A stretch of DNA of 64,000 nucleotides from an uncultured Candidatus Saccharibacteria bacterium (GCA_964464695.1 CAYXKW010000005.1:8677-72676), one strand, 5' to 3'. Counted from the stretch's first letter, positions 28,641 through 38,486 are shown. Notes: generated by a model not told the origin, from the sequence alone. Numbers and translations: made by a program.

Positions 28641-29333
28641 ATGATCCCAAAAATAATCCACTACTGCTGGTTCGGAAAATCTCCAAAAGGCGAACTAATT
28701 GACAGATGTATAGCGAGCTGGAAAAAATATTGTCCAGAGTATGTGATCGTCAGATGGGACGAAGATACTTTTGATGTAGAGAGCCATCCATTTACTTCTA
28801 AGATGTATCGAGAGCGTAAGTTTGCATTTGTTGCTGACTACGTTCGTCTTATTGCACTATACAAAGAAGGAGGAATCTATCTTGATACTGACATGCTACT
28901 AGTTCAACCGCTGGATACATTACTTGATACATCGCTTTTACTTGGAAAAGAATCAGATGCCTTTATTAGTTGTGGGATGATTGGTGCCGTTCCCCATCAC
29001 CCATTTATAGAAAGTATGCGCGCGAAATATGACGCCATTGAAGAACTTCGACCAAATCCGGTTATTATGACTGAGCTCTACAATGCAATGCATCCATCAG
29101 AGGCGACAGTACTTCATCCGAAAGCTTTTTATCCGTATGATGCTCATCATATCCATGAGTACCAGGGTCAAAACCTTGGCAAGGATGTTTACGGTGTTCA
29201 TCTGTGGAATTATTCTTGGGGACATCCACTTAATAAATTTTTTAAGAAAATTGGAGTATATAGATTCGGCAAAAAAATTGTGGAAATTCTTGGTATTAAA
29301 AAAGTGATTAAGAAATTGCTTGGTTTTGTATAA
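28641..29333 (+). CDS. glycosyltransferase with a DXD motif (GT32 / Och1-like 'Gly_transf_sug' family)
   Basis: IPKIIHYCWFGKSPKGEL ... YVRLIALYKEGGIYLDTDM. Confidence 0.7.
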   Translation: MIPKIIHYCWFGKSPKGELIDRCIASWKKYCPEYVIVRWDEDTFDVESHPFTSKMYRERKFAFVADYVRLIALYKEGGIYLDTDMLLVQPLDTLLDTSLLLGKESDAFISCGMIGAVPHHPFIESMRAKYDAIEELRPNPVIMTELYNAMHPSEATVLHPKAFYPYDAHHIHEYQGQNLGKDVYGVHLWNYSWGHPLNKFFKKIGVYRFGKKIVEILGIKKVIKKLLGFV

Positions 29334-29398
29334 ATAAGTTAAGAGTTAGTAAAGTTATAAAGTTCATAAAGTAGAAAGTTGATACACGTACAATACAT

Positions 29399-29746
29399 AT
29401 GAAAATAGAAAAATTTGAAGACATCTACTCATGGCAAAAAGCCAAGTCTTTGTCTCTTTTTGTCTATAAAGTCTTCAGAACAAACAAAGACTATGCATTT
29501 CGAGACCAGATACAAAGGGCTAGCGTTTCTATATTAAATAATATTGCTGAAGGTTTTGAGAGAAAAAGCAACAAAGAGTTAAGTCACTTTCTTTTTATCG
29601 CAAAAGGTTCTTGTGGGGAAGTGAGATCAATGCTCTACCTTGCTCTAGAATTAGGATATATTTCTGAAAAAGATTTCCAAAAAATGTATACTGAGTGTAT
29701 CGAAATATCAAAAATGATGTCAGGACTTATAAAAACCCTAGTCTAA
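29399..29746 (+). CDS. four-helix-bundle protein, the TIGR02436 family often encoded in 23S rRNA intervening sequences
   Basis: FEDIYSWQKAKSLSLFVYKV ... ILNNIAEGFERKSNKE ... AKGSCGEVRSMLYLA are hallmark motifs. Confidence 0.8.
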   Translation: MKIEKFEDIYSWQKAKSLSLFVYKVFRTNKDYAFRDQIQRASVSILNNIAEGFERKSNKELSHFLFIAKGSCGEVRSMLYLALELGYISEKDFQKMYTECIEISKMMSGLIKTLV

Positions 29747-29841
29747 AATCACTTTATGAACTCCTTTCTTTATAACTTTATGAACTTTTCCCCTGTATTA
29801 CTTTACAAACTTTATAACTTTAATAACTTTCAACTAATCGT

Positions 29842-30618
29842 ATGAAATTTAGTATTATCACCCCAACACATAAAAGAAAAGAAAAGTTAGAGCGTGCGGT
29901 CTCTTCTTTATTGTCTCAGACGTACACAGATTGGGAGTTGATTATTGTAAACGATTCACCCTACGACGAAACCTACAAGGAATTTGCTTCTTCTATTAAC
30001 GACGCAAGAATCCGTTATTATGTAAACCAAAAAAACGAAGGCGTAAATTACTCTCGGAATTTCGCACTTGATAAACTTTCCGCAGACTCCAAATGGGTAA
30101 TTATGTTAGATGATGATGACTACCTTGCACCGGATGCTCTTGCTACATTTTCACAACTAATACTATTAAACATTGGAAATAAGTGGCTAATGACTAATCG
30201 CACATACCGAAACGGAGTATCTGTAACACACGCTCCACAAGAAGACACTCTGTATTCCTACACTACAAGCTATCTTCTCTTTAAACAAATCAAAGGTGAT
30301 GCGACTCATTGTATAGAAACAAAATTAATAACTCAGTCACATGCTCGGTTTTCAAAATATGTAAAACAAGGAGAAGAGTGGTTCTTCTTTTATCAGATTG
30401 GGCTACATACCAAACTCTTCTACCACGACCACAATAGCACCATCACAGATGGCTATGATGCTGAACAAGGACTTAATTTTCGTAAGCGTACTTTTACTGA
30501 AAAATATGAAACGATCCTCAAACTCTTTTATGAAGGTGGTAGAAAAAAAATACTACGACCAACATTTCTCATGTATCTATTCTTTAGAACTTTAAAGCTC
30601 TTCATCCCAAAAAAATAG
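29842..30618 (+). CDS. family 2 glycosyltransferase
   Basis: FSIITPTHKRKEKLERAVSSLLSQTYTDWELIIVNDSP ... MLDDDD. Confidence 0.7.
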   Translation: MKFSIITPTHKRKEKLERAVSSLLSQTYTDWELIIVNDSPYDETYKEFASSINDARIRYYVNQKNEGVNYSRNFALDKLSADSKWVIMLDDDDYLAPDALATFSQLILLNIGNKWLMTNRTYRNGVSVTHAPQEDTLYSYTTSYLLFKQIKGDATHCIETKLITQSHARFSKYVKQGEEWFFFYQIGLHTKLFYHDHNSTITDGYDAEQGLNFRKRTFTEKYETILKLFYEGGRKKILRPTFLMYLFFRTLKLFIPKK

Positions 30619-30681
30619 ACATTCAGGAAACCTTGAATGTCTTGATGTGAAAACGTGTCTAATCTTGAAAGATATCTCAGC

Positions 30682-31497
30682 TTAAGAAGCCATCATCCTG
30701 CTGACCATGAATTTTGCAACCTTTTCATTGCCGGCGATGAGTGGATACTCACCTTTTGGATCGAAAGGCATCGTGCCGATTGAGTTACCTTCATGATCAA
30801 GGACAATTCCACCGGCGCCCTTAATGAGCGCATAAACTGCACCAATTTCTTCTGCACGAACAGAAATCCCACCCATACACGCAGAGATATCAGAAAGTGT
30901 GTACATGAGATTTCCGACAACAGAACCAGCACAACGAATGAAAACTTCTTCGGCAAATGTGGTGTAGGCTTTCATTCCTGCTTTGTAGAAAGTGTCGAGA
31001 TACACCGGAGTAGTCTTGTGAACTTCCCAATCAGGACTCAAGGTAACCTTGTCGCCATTGTGGTCAATAGTATCTTTCCCATCGAAGATAAAGAAGTTAC
31101 CCGTTGTGTGCTCAATCATTCCGGCAACCAGTACATCATCAAGTGTTGGTTGAAGTCCATTGAAAAAAGCAACAAGCGTTCCGAAAGGAAGCATTTCTTT
31201 ACCCCGCTTATAGTTGATGCTTCCATCGAGCGGATCCATCGCAAACGTGTAAAGCGGATTTTTGTGCGACGCACCGATATCCCCAGCTTCTTCAGAATAA
31301 ATTTGCACAGGCAGACCTCTCCCTTGAATATGACTCAGCACAGCCTCTTCAATGGCGACATCCATCAGGAGTGATTTATCCCCTTTGGAATTTGTCGTAC
31401 CTATCTCACCTTTCTGACTTGAGACACCCAAGAGGTACATGCGATGTGCAACGGAAAGAATTTTCTCAAGCTCTTGAACTAGATTGATTTGCATTCT
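30682..31497 (-). CDS. inositol-monophosphatase-family phosphatase (IMPase/SuhB-like); start chosen at MQINLVQ
   Basis: DPLDGS metal-binding motif and C-terminal GGISVRAEEIGAVYALIKGAGGIVLD. GC is ~45%, against ~34% in the flanks. Confidence 0.65.
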   Translation of the reverse strand, partial: RMQINLVQELEKILSVAHRMYLLGVSSQKGEIGTTNSKGDKSLLMDVAIEEAVLSHIQGRGLPVQIYSEEAGDIGASHKNPLYTFAMDPLDGSINYKRGKEMLPFGTLVAFFNGLQPTLDDVLVAGMIEHTTGNFFIFDGKDTIDHNGDKVTLSPDWEVHKTTPVYLDTFYKAGMKAYTTFAEEVFIRCAGSVVGNLMYTLSDISACMGGISVRAEEIGAVYALIKGAGGIVLDHEGNSIGTMPFDPKGEYPLIAGNEKVAKFMVSRMMAS

Positions 31498-31574
31498 GCT
31501 TTCCCCTTCATATGTAAAGTTATTTAACGAAAAAAGAACATATTTATTTTGGCATTTATTTCTGAATTTGTCAA

Positions 31575-31603
31575 TTGACAAATTAAGTTAAATATGCTAT
31601 AAT
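31575..31603 (+). promoter_or_regulatory. consensus sigma70-type promoter TTGACA-N17-TATAAT
   Basis: ttgaca at 31575-31580, a 17-nt spacer, tataat at 31598-31603. The -35 sits inside the perfect 10-bp palindrome gtcaattgac. An SD-like aaggaaaa precedes the ATG at 31663. Confidence 0.55.
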
Positions 31604-31662
31604 ATATATACCTTTAAGGTCTGATTCCGCACAGTTTGCGGGGCTCTTTAACAAGGAAAAGC

Positions 31663-32385
31663 ATGAGCAATCTCAAGTGGCCAATTTTCACAGCCGAAAG
31701 CGTCTTCCAAGGCGTTCGCGACCTCGGCATCATGTCGTGGCCTCGTCTCTCTGATCCGGTTGCTATCACGGAATATTTGCGTGACGCGAGTTCGGATCAA
31801 TTGAAGACGTACGAACGCTTCGCCCCGAAGAGTTCGGTGGTTTACCACAAGAACCCGCACAACGGAACAACGTTCGATGGGTTCAAGGTGGACTTCAAGC
31901 CCTACGCCTGCGTCTTCGCACTGATTGACGGTATGGTGCCGGTTACTGCCGAGTGGAAACATGGCAACGATCGCATCACCCTCGTCCCAGTCTGTGGCGT
32001 CCCCGGTAAAACCGAAGATAGCTTCACAACTCTGACCGAGAAGATGTACGCTGTTGGTTTGCGTGAATGGGAAGAAGAAACGGGCACCAAGCTGAAGAAC
32101 CTGGTCCCACTTTCCGGCCCCGAAGGCATCTACTCGACGGTGCGCAACTGCAAGGTGCAGTGCTTCCCCTTCTTGGGTGAAGTCGAGGACAATGTCGTCC
32201 AAGGACCGACCAAGTTCGACGACACCGAGCATTTGAAGATGGTTCTCATTCCGCTTCCGGAATGGATCCAGCTCATCACAAGTGTTGAACTGTGGGCACA
32301 GAACCCAGACTTCGGTCTGGAAGCCTGCACGCGAGACGTGACATGGGCAGCCCTCCACAAAATGGGCCGCCTCCAACTGGTCTAA
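31663..32385 (+). CDS. NUDIX hydrolase, high GC (~55%); a horizontally acquired gene
   Basis: NUDIX box ...EKMYAVGLREWEEETGT. Uniformly GC-rich codons in a ~34%-GC genome. A consensus promoter lies upstream and a strong terminator downstream. The overlapping minus-strand ORFs are GC-induced artefacts. Confidence 0.65.
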   Translation: MSNLKWPIFTAESVFQGVRDLGIMSWPRLSDPVAITEYLRDASSDQLKTYERFAPKSSVVYHKNPHNGTTFDGFKVDFKPYACVFALIDGMVPVTAEWKHGNDRITLVPVCGVPGKTEDSFTTLTEKMYAVGLREWEEETGTKLKNLVPLSGPEGIYSTVRNCKVQCFPFLGEVEDNVVQGPTKFDDTEHLKMVLIPLPEWIQLITSVELWAQNPDFGLEACTRDVTWAALHKMGRLQLV

Positions 32386-32409
32386 GGGTCATCTTGCCCT
32401 TTTGACCAG

Positions 32410-32446
32410 AAACCGCCGCCTTCATCATGGAGGCGGTTTTTTTATA
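32410..32446 (+). terminator. rho-independent terminator: aaaccgccgcc...ggcggttt followed by a T-run
   Basis: Seen directly in the sequence. Confidence 0.75.
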
Positions 32447-32497
32447 CAACAGCGTACGAAAGTAAACGAAATACAAGCATAAACCTCACATCTCAGC

Positions 32498-32525
32498 TTG
32501 ATTAGTCATTTTTTTTCTATATAAT
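32498..32525 (+). promoter_or_regulatory. promoter TTGATT-N16-TATAAT upstream of the GDP-mannose epimerase operon
   Basis: ttgatt at 32498-32503, tataat at 32520-32525. Confidence 0.4.
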
Positions 32526-32581
32526 AGATTGTATGTTTGGTTCGCAGAAATTATAACTTTTAGTACGATATTATTTTTATT

Positions 32582-33550
32582 ATGAAAACAGCACTCGTTT
32601 GTGGAGCAGGAGGTTTTATTGGAGGACATCTTGTAAAACGTCTCAAAGATGAAGGTTTTTGGGTTCGCGGTGTCGACTTAAAAAAGAACGAGTACTCAAA
32701 GTCAAATGCTGATGAATTTATTATCGGAGATCTTCGTGATCAAAAACTTTGCGAGACTATTCTTGATAAGTCGTTCGATGAGGTGTACCAACTAGCTGCT
32801 GATATGGGTGGTGCTGGCTATATTTTTACTGGCGAGCACGATGCTGATGTTATGCATAATTCTGCAACTATTAATCTCAACATTCTCCACTACGGACAAA
32901 AAATTGGGATCAAAAAAATATTCTACTCTTCTTCTGCATGTATCTACCCTGAGTACAATCAACTTGATCCAGAAAATCCAAAGTGCTCAGAAGAGTCAGC
33001 TTACCCTGCGGCTCCAGACAGTGAATATGGTTGGGAGAAATTATTTAGTGAAAGACTCTACCTTTCATACAACAGAAACTATAAAATGGATGTTCGTGTA
33101 GCGCGATTCCATAATATTTTCGGGCCAGAAGGTACGTGGGAAGGAGGTAAGGAAAAAGCCCCAGCTGCGATGTGTAGAAAAATTGCAGAAGTGAAGAATG
33201 GCGGCGAAATAGAAATCTGGGGAGACGGTCGTCAAACGCGATCATTCCTCTATATCGATGAATGTTTAGAAGGTGTACGAAGACTTATGGATTCTGATTT
33301 CTTAGGACCTGTAAACATTGGATCAGATGAGATGGTAACCATCAATCAGCTCGCTGAAATGGTTGCAGAAATTGCTGGTAAAAAAATTACTATCAATCAC
33401 ATTCCTGGACCACTTGGCGTACGTGGAAGAAACTCAGACAATGAGCTCATTGAGAAAAAAATTGGATGGAGACCACACTTCTCACTAAAAAATGGTCTTG
33501 AGATTACTTATACATGGATACACAATCAAGTGGAAGCAAAAAAGAAATAA
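32582..33550 (+). CDS. GDP-mannose 3,5-epimerase (GME-like SDR)
   Basis: Block-by-block match to plant/bacterial GME as recalled: ADMGGAGYI, FYSSSACIYPEYNQL, EYGWEKL, RFHNIFGPEGTWEGGKEKAPAAMCRK, WGDGRQTRSFLYIDEC, VNIGSDEMVTINQLAEM, HIPGPLGVRGRNSDN. Confidence 0.75.
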   Translation: MKTALVCGAGGFIGGHLVKRLKDEGFWVRGVDLKKNEYSKSNADEFIIGDLRDQKLCETILDKSFDEVYQLAADMGGAGYIFTGEHDADVMHNSATINLNILHYGQKIGIKKIFYSSSACIYPEYNQLDPENPKCSEESAYPAAPDSEYGWEKLFSERLYLSYNRNYKMDVRVARFHNIFGPEGTWEGGKEKAPAAMCRKIAEVKNGGEIEIWGDGRQTRSFLYIDECLEGVRRLMDSDFLGPVNIGSDEMVTINQLAEMVAEIAGKKITINHIPGPLGVRGRNSDNELIEKKIGWRPHFSLKNGLEITYTWIHNQVEAKKK

Positions 33551-34101
33551 TCCCTTGGGAACTTTTAAGCGAGGAAAATATTTCCCCAAGCCATTACTTT
33601 CCTCTCTTTAAGCAGAAGGTTAAAATTCATAACGGAAAAGTTTTTGATGATTACTACATTACGAAGCTTGTAGATGCAACTATGGTGGTTGCAGTTACAA
33701 AAGAAAAAGAGTTACTCATGGTGAGACAGTGGCGACAAGGTACTTTAGAAATTACTCTTGAACTACCCTGTGGTCAAAATGATCCACATGAAAGCACTCT
33801 TGATGCTGCAAAGCGAGAGCTACACGAAGAAACTGGTGCAAATGTCATATCAGAACTTGTTCCACTTGGAAAAGTTTCTCCAATCACTCCCAAAGCAACG
33901 CTTCGTATCTACGGTTATTTTTGTACAATTGATTCAACGCTTGAGAAGCAAGACTTAGATGACACTGAGAACATTGAGGTAATTAAAGTCCCTTTCACTG
34001 ATATCGATAAGCTCCTCCTTTCGGGAGAAATCAACGCGGCAGATACTATCTCTTTTATCTCATTAGCACGAATAAAGTTTCCTAAATTATTTTTACTATA
34101 A
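33514..34101 (+). CDS. NUDIX hydrolase, of the nucleotide-sugar or ADP-ribose pyrophosphatase type
   Basis: NUDIX box ELPCGQNDPHESTLDAAKRELHEETG. The true start may be an internal codon, because the ORF overlaps the upstream gene by 37 nt. Confidence 0.7.
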   Translation: MDTQSSGSKKEIIPWELLSEENISPSHYFPLFKQKVKIHNGKVFDDYYITKLVDATMVVAVTKEKELLMVRQWRQGTLEITLELPCGQNDPHESTLDAAKRELHEETGANVISELVPLGKVSPITPKATLRIYGYFCTIDSTLEKQDLDDTENIEVIKVPFTDIDKLLLSGEINAADTISFISLARIKFPKLFLL

Positions 34102-34112
34102 TATATAAACAA

Positions 34113-34973
34113 ATGAAAACAATTCTTGTAACAGGTGGGGCTGGATTTATTGGTTCAAACCTTATCAAAAAACTTCGAACGCATTACCCGAACGCTTCTA
34201 TTATATCTTTAGATAACTACTTTACAGGGAAAGAGGGAAACCATACCCCTGGTGTCACTTACAAGATTGGGCACACTAAGGATATAGCGCTTCACATAAC
34301 TGAGCAACCTGACTTGGTATTTCATCTTGGTGAGTACTCACGAGTCGAAAAAAGTTTTGATGATATGAAGACGGTTTTTGATTTTAATAAAAACGGAACA
34401 TTTGCAGTCCTTGAATTTTGCCGTGAAAATAAATCAAAATTAATTTATGCTGGGTCTAGTACTAAATTTGGTGACGGAGGTCTCGGTCGTGATCAGAGCC
34501 CATATGCTTGGACAAAAGCAACTAATACTGAACTCGTGATTAACTATGGTAATTGGTTTAACCTTAATTATGCAATCACATATTTCTATAACGTATACGG
34601 ACCAGGAGAAATTACAACTGGAGACTACGCAACTGTCATTGGAATATTTAAAGAAAAGTTTAAAAATAAAGAAAAACTTAATGTAGTTTCTCCAGGGTCA
34701 CAACTTCGAAATTTCACACATGTTGACGATATTGTGCGTGGCCTCATTCTAATTGGAGAAAAAGGTGAAGGAGATGAGTATGGACTTGGATCTGATCACG
34801 CATACAGTATCTTAGAAATCGCCAAGATGTTTAATCTTCCTATCGAAATGTTACCTGAAAGAAAAGGTAACCGCATGAGCGCTTCTGTTGAAACTCACAG
34901 GACAAAAAATGAGCTTAATTGGCAATCTGAAAAAAAAATTGAGGATTACATTAACAATATTATTAACGAATAG
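34113..34973 (+). CDS. NAD-dependent epimerase/dehydratase family protein
   Basis: ILVTGGAGFIGSNLIKKL Rossmann motif. Confidence 0.7.
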   Translation: MKTILVTGGAGFIGSNLIKKLRTHYPNASIISLDNYFTGKEGNHTPGVTYKIGHTKDIALHITEQPDLVFHLGEYSRVEKSFDDMKTVFDFNKNGTFAVLEFCRENKSKLIYAGSSTKFGDGGLGRDQSPYAWTKATNTELVINYGNWFNLNYAITYFYNVYGPGEITTGDYATVIGIFKEKFKNKEKLNVVSPGSQLRNFTHVDDIVRGLILIGEKGEGDEYGLGSDHAYSILEIAKMFNLPIEMLPERKGNRMSASVETHRTKNELNWQSEKKIEDYINNIINE

Positions 34974-34981
34974 TTACATTT

Positions 34982-35923
34982 CTACTTTCCTAATTCCTTA
35001 GAGAGAAGATTAATCTCACGAAGGATTCCTTCGAGTGAAGTGGTGGTTGGTTTATATCCGAGTAACTTAGCAGCTTTCTTACTTTTAGAAGCATAAATAT
35101 TTTTTGAAGGAGAAGATTTTGCTTTTGAGATATCCTTCTTAATCTCAAACTCAAGACCATATTTTTTATTCATTGATGCGAGTAAATCAAACTTGGAAAT
35201 TGGTTTTTTGCTGTAAACATCGAAGTAATCATTGATTTTCTTTTTTGCAATAATACTTTTTATGAGCACAAGTAAATCTTTTGGAGTAACATAATCACGA
35301 ACCATATTCTGACTATTTGTCGCAAGAACTTTTTTGGTTTGTATACAGTTTACAATCTCTGTCATTAAAAATAATGAGTCAGTATCAACCAAAGAGCTAA
35401 AAAAAGCAAACACTCGTAAGTCAACTATGTTCAAACTTGTGAGTGACCGATGTTTTGCCTCAGCATTTATTTTCGCAATAGTATAGGATTCACGTTGCCC
35501 GATAAATCCACCAGAAAGAGTTGTTACCGTACTCTCATCTTGTCTCTCTTCAACACTGTTTCCATAGACCGCCCCGCTACTAATATTTATATAGTGTGCC
35601 TTTGGATGCTGCTGCAGATATGTAATAACAAGTGAATCGACTTCTTCAGTAACCTTAAAAATCTCAAGAGGATTTTCTTTAAGGATTGAAATACCACTAA
35701 TACCTGTACAGTTAATAATTACGTCATATTCCCCTTCATTAAATTCACCAAAGGAATGAATACCATACTTGGCACTTTTAGGAACATCTCTTATAATCGT
35801 AGTAATTTTTTCTTGTGAACGAGAGAATAGGAAAAGTGTGTATCCTTTTTTCTCTAAAAAAAATTCTCTTAATAATGACCTCCCTATGTATCCTGTTACA
35901 CCTAAAATGGCAATCTTTTTCAT
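34982..35923 (-). CDS. NAD(P)-dependent SDR (epimerase/reductase); a candidate 4-keto reductase for the CDP-sugar pathway
   Basis: IAILGVTGYIGRSL Rossmann motif. Sits immediately downstream of the TPP enzyme. Confidence 0.55.
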   Translation of the reverse strand: MKKIAILGVTGYIGRSLLREFFLEKKGYTLFLFSRSQEKITTIIRDVPKSAKYGIHSFGEFNEGEYDVIINCTGISGISILKENPLEIFKVTEEVDSLVITYLQQHPKAHYINISSGAVYGNSVEERQDESTVTTLSGGFIGQRESYTIAKINAEAKHRSLTSLNIVDLRVFAFFSSLVDTDSLFLMTEIVNCIQTKKVLATNSQNMVRDYVTPKDLLVLIKSIIAKKKINDYFDVYSKKPISKFDLLASMNKKYGLEFEIKKDISKAKSSPSKNIYASKSKKAAKLLGYKPTTTSLEGILREINLLSKELGK

Positions 35924-35925
35924 AC

Positions 35926-37707
35926 TTATGAATTCTTTAATATTTTCTTCAAACTTTCTAAATATGTTTTTTGTGTATCATCGAGATATGGAGCTTGATC
36001 ATCTAGTGCATGACCGTAGACCATCTTCGGTTGTAGTGGTGCGTGCATATCAATATCCACTTCAATTAGCATTGGACCTTTATGTGCAATAATCTGTGCT
36101 AACACCTCATCGTTTTCTTGAATACTTGAAATCTTCTTGTAGTCTAAACTGTACGCTCCTGCCAACTTTTTAAAATCAGGATAACCATAACCTATGACCG
36201 TTGATTGATAATTCTTGTTGAAATAAAGATCTTGGAATTCTCGTACCATGCCAAGTGATTTATTATGCATAATAAAAAGTTTCATTGGAATCTTATTACG
36301 ACTTACGGTTTCTAACTCTTGTATGTTTATTTGAATCCCCCCATCACCACTAATAACTACTAGGTCAGATTTTTGGTCAGCATACCAGGCACCAACAGCT
36401 GCTGGTAAAGCGAATCCCATAGCCCCCATCCCTCCTGAAAAGAGTAGCCGTTGACCGTTTTTTATTTTCCAGGACTGAGCACACCACATCTGGTTCTGGC
36501 CAACATCAACTACAATATTTGTGGATGCTGGAGTTTGTAAAGAAAGTTCACGTAAAAAGGTATTCGGGTTAATTGATGCTTTATATTCACTAATTCGAGT
36601 AAATTTATTTTGTACAGCATGTATAAAAGTAAACCAACTAAGTTTTTTCGCAGTTGTTATATGTTGTACTTCATTAAAAAAAGTTTTTAAATCAGTCTCA
36701 ATGGAAAGTTTTGATTTGATCGAGTAGTTTATCGAACTACTGTCGATATCAACATGAACAACTGTTGCTCCAGGATTAAAAAATTTTGCATCCCCTGTTT
36801 GTCTAATATCAAGCCTCGTCCCGAGAGCAATAATTAGGTCCGCGTTTGCAAACGTTATATTAGCATCTCTGTTTCCATTTGACCCAATATAGCCAACGTA
36901 AAGTGAGGAATTTTGGTATGAATCTATTCCCATGAGAGATGAGATAACTGGTAGATTATTTCTAGAAACAAACTGTGCTAATTCTTTGGTAGCCCCAGAA
37001 AGTCTTACTCCATTACCTGCAAGAACTAGTGGTGCTTTTGATTTTGTAAGGAGGGTCTCAAGAGCTTTAATTTTAGAAGAAGGAATTTTTTTGGTGAATT
37101 TTTTATCTTTATTTTCTAAAATTGCATGTTCCTTTGAGCCAAAAAAATGTCTGACGGTGGTCACATCTATCATTGTTCTCTGAAGATTAATAGGGATATC
37201 GACCACAACAGACCCAGACCTTCCTCGTTTCATAACATAATACGCTTTCTCTAACTCATACATTACATCCTCTGGATTACACACCATGACCGCATACTTT
37301 GTTAATGTCTTCACGACACTTACAATATCAGTTTCTTGAAACCCTTCTTGTCGAACATTTTCATTTTTCTTGAGGTTATCAGTATGTACTTGCCCCAAAA
37401 TAAACATAGCTGGGGTAGAGTCAAAATAACAACTTCCAATTGCGGTTATGAGATTAGTTGCTCCTGGTCCGCTTGTTGCAATTGCAACCCCAAAGTTCTG
37501 ACTTGTTCTCCCGTATCCTTCAGCTGCAAAGCCAGCTGCTTGCTCATGATGCATAGGAACACATGTAATACCAGAACGCTTACTAATCGCGTCTTCAAGA
37601 AACGCAATCATACCTCCGCTCAAATCAAAGACATGGGTAGTTTTCTTCTCAACCAGAAAATCAACAATAAGATCCGCACATAGTTTTTTTTCCTGTACTT
37701 TTTTCAT
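35926..37707 (-). CDS. thiamine-pyrophosphate-dependent enzyme of the acetolactate-synthase large-subunit family (YerE-like two-carbon branching enzyme candidate)
   Basis: TPP-binding motif GDGGIQINIQELETVSRNKIPMKLFIMHNKSLGMV. N-terminal TPP_enzyme_N-like region. 593 aa. Confidence 0.7.
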   Translation of the reverse strand: MKKVQEKKLCADLIVDFLVEKKTTHVFDLSGGMIAFLEDAISKRSGITCVPMHHEQAAGFAAEGYGRTSQNFGVAIATSGPGATNLITAIGSCYFDSTPAMFILGQVHTDNLKKNENVRQEGFQETDIVSVVKTLTKYAVMVCNPEDVMYELEKAYYVMKRGRSGSVVVDIPINLQRTMIDVTTVRHFFGSKEHAILENKDKKFTKKIPSSKIKALETLLTKSKAPLVLAGNGVRLSGATKELAQFVSRNNLPVISSLMGIDSYQNSSLYVGYIGSNGNRDANITFANADLIIALGTRLDIRQTGDAKFFNPGATVVHVDIDSSSINYSIKSKLSIETDLKTFFNEVQHITTAKKLSWFTFIHAVQNKFTRISEYKASINPNTFLRELSLQTPASTNIVVDVGQNQMWCAQSWKIKNGQRLLFSGGMGAMGFALPAAVGAWYADQKSDLVVISGDGGIQINIQELETVSRNKIPMKLFIMHNKSLGMVREFQDLYFNKNYQSTVIGYGYPDFKKLAGAYSLDYKKISSIQENDEVLAQIIAHKGPMLIEVDIDMHAPLQPKMVYGHALDDQAPYLDDTQKTYLESLKKILKNS

Positions 37708-37713
37708 GCTATT

Positions 37714-38484
37714 TTATTTCCACATTTTCCATGGCGCATTCCCTGTACTCCAAATCTCTTCAAGTTTATTTTTATCATTAAGAGTATCCATTGGTTTCCA
37801 AAATCCATCGTGAGCATATGCTTTCAACTTATGATCTTTTGCAAGTTGCTCTAGTGGACCTTTTTCAAAAATGGTTGTGTCATTTTCTAGGTATGAAAAA
37901 ATCTCAGGTTCTAGCACAAAAAAACCACCATTAATTTTTACTTTATTATCAGTCTTTTCACTAAACGCTGTAACCTTAGAGTCGTTATCGATAGTCAATG
38001 TTCCAAACCTACCCTCAGGTGCAACTGCAGTCACTGTTACTGTTCCTTTATTTTTTTTATGAAAATTAACCAATTCGGTTATATTCACATCTCCTACTCC
38101 GTCTCCATAGGTAACCATGAATGTTTCATTGCCAATATATTCTTGAATCCTTTTAATACGACCGCCTGTCATTGTGCTTGCTCCTGTTTCCACAAGTGTC
38201 ACTTTCCATTTCTCTGCGTGACTTTTATGAACTGTCAAAGACCCGTCTTCTAAATTAAGAGTCACATCACTGTTATGTAACATATGATCATTAAACCAGT
38301 CTTTTATATAATGGCTTTTATACCCAAGACAGATGACAAATTCATTATAACCGTGATGCGAGTATATTTTCATGATATGCCAAAGAACTGGTTTGCCACC
38401 AATCTCAACCATAGGTTTTGGTTTAATGAGTGTTTCTTCATTTAATCTTGTTCCAAGTCCGCCTGCAAGTATCACAACTTTCAT
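37714..38484 (-). CDS. rfbF: glucose-1-phosphate cytidylyltransferase
   Basis: MKVVILAGGLGTRLNEETLIKPKPMVEIGGKPVLWHIMKIYSHHG closely matches the RfbF N-terminus. Confidence 0.8.
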   Translation of the reverse strand: MKVVILAGGLGTRLNEETLIKPKPMVEIGGKPVLWHIMKIYSHHGYNEFVICLGYKSHYIKDWFNDHMLHNSDVTLNLEDGSLTVHKSHAEKWKVTLVETGASTMTGGRIKRIQEYIGNETFMVTYGDGVGDVNITELVNFHKKNKGTVTVTAVAPEGRFGTLTIDNDSKVTAFSEKTDNKVKINGGFFVLEPEIFSYLENDTTIFEKGPLEQLAKDHKLKAYAHDGFWKPMDTLNDKNKLEEIWSTGNAPWKMWK

Positions 38485-38486
38485 AA

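Noticed and set aside
31648-32476. Long minus-strand and alternative-frame ORFs (31648..32376, 31902..32129, 32130..32360, 32276..32476) overlapping the NUDIX gene
   Set aside because: The segment is ~55% GC, which suppresses stop codons in all frames. Only the plus-strand frame has a NUDIX box, an SD, an upstream consensus promoter and a downstream terminator.
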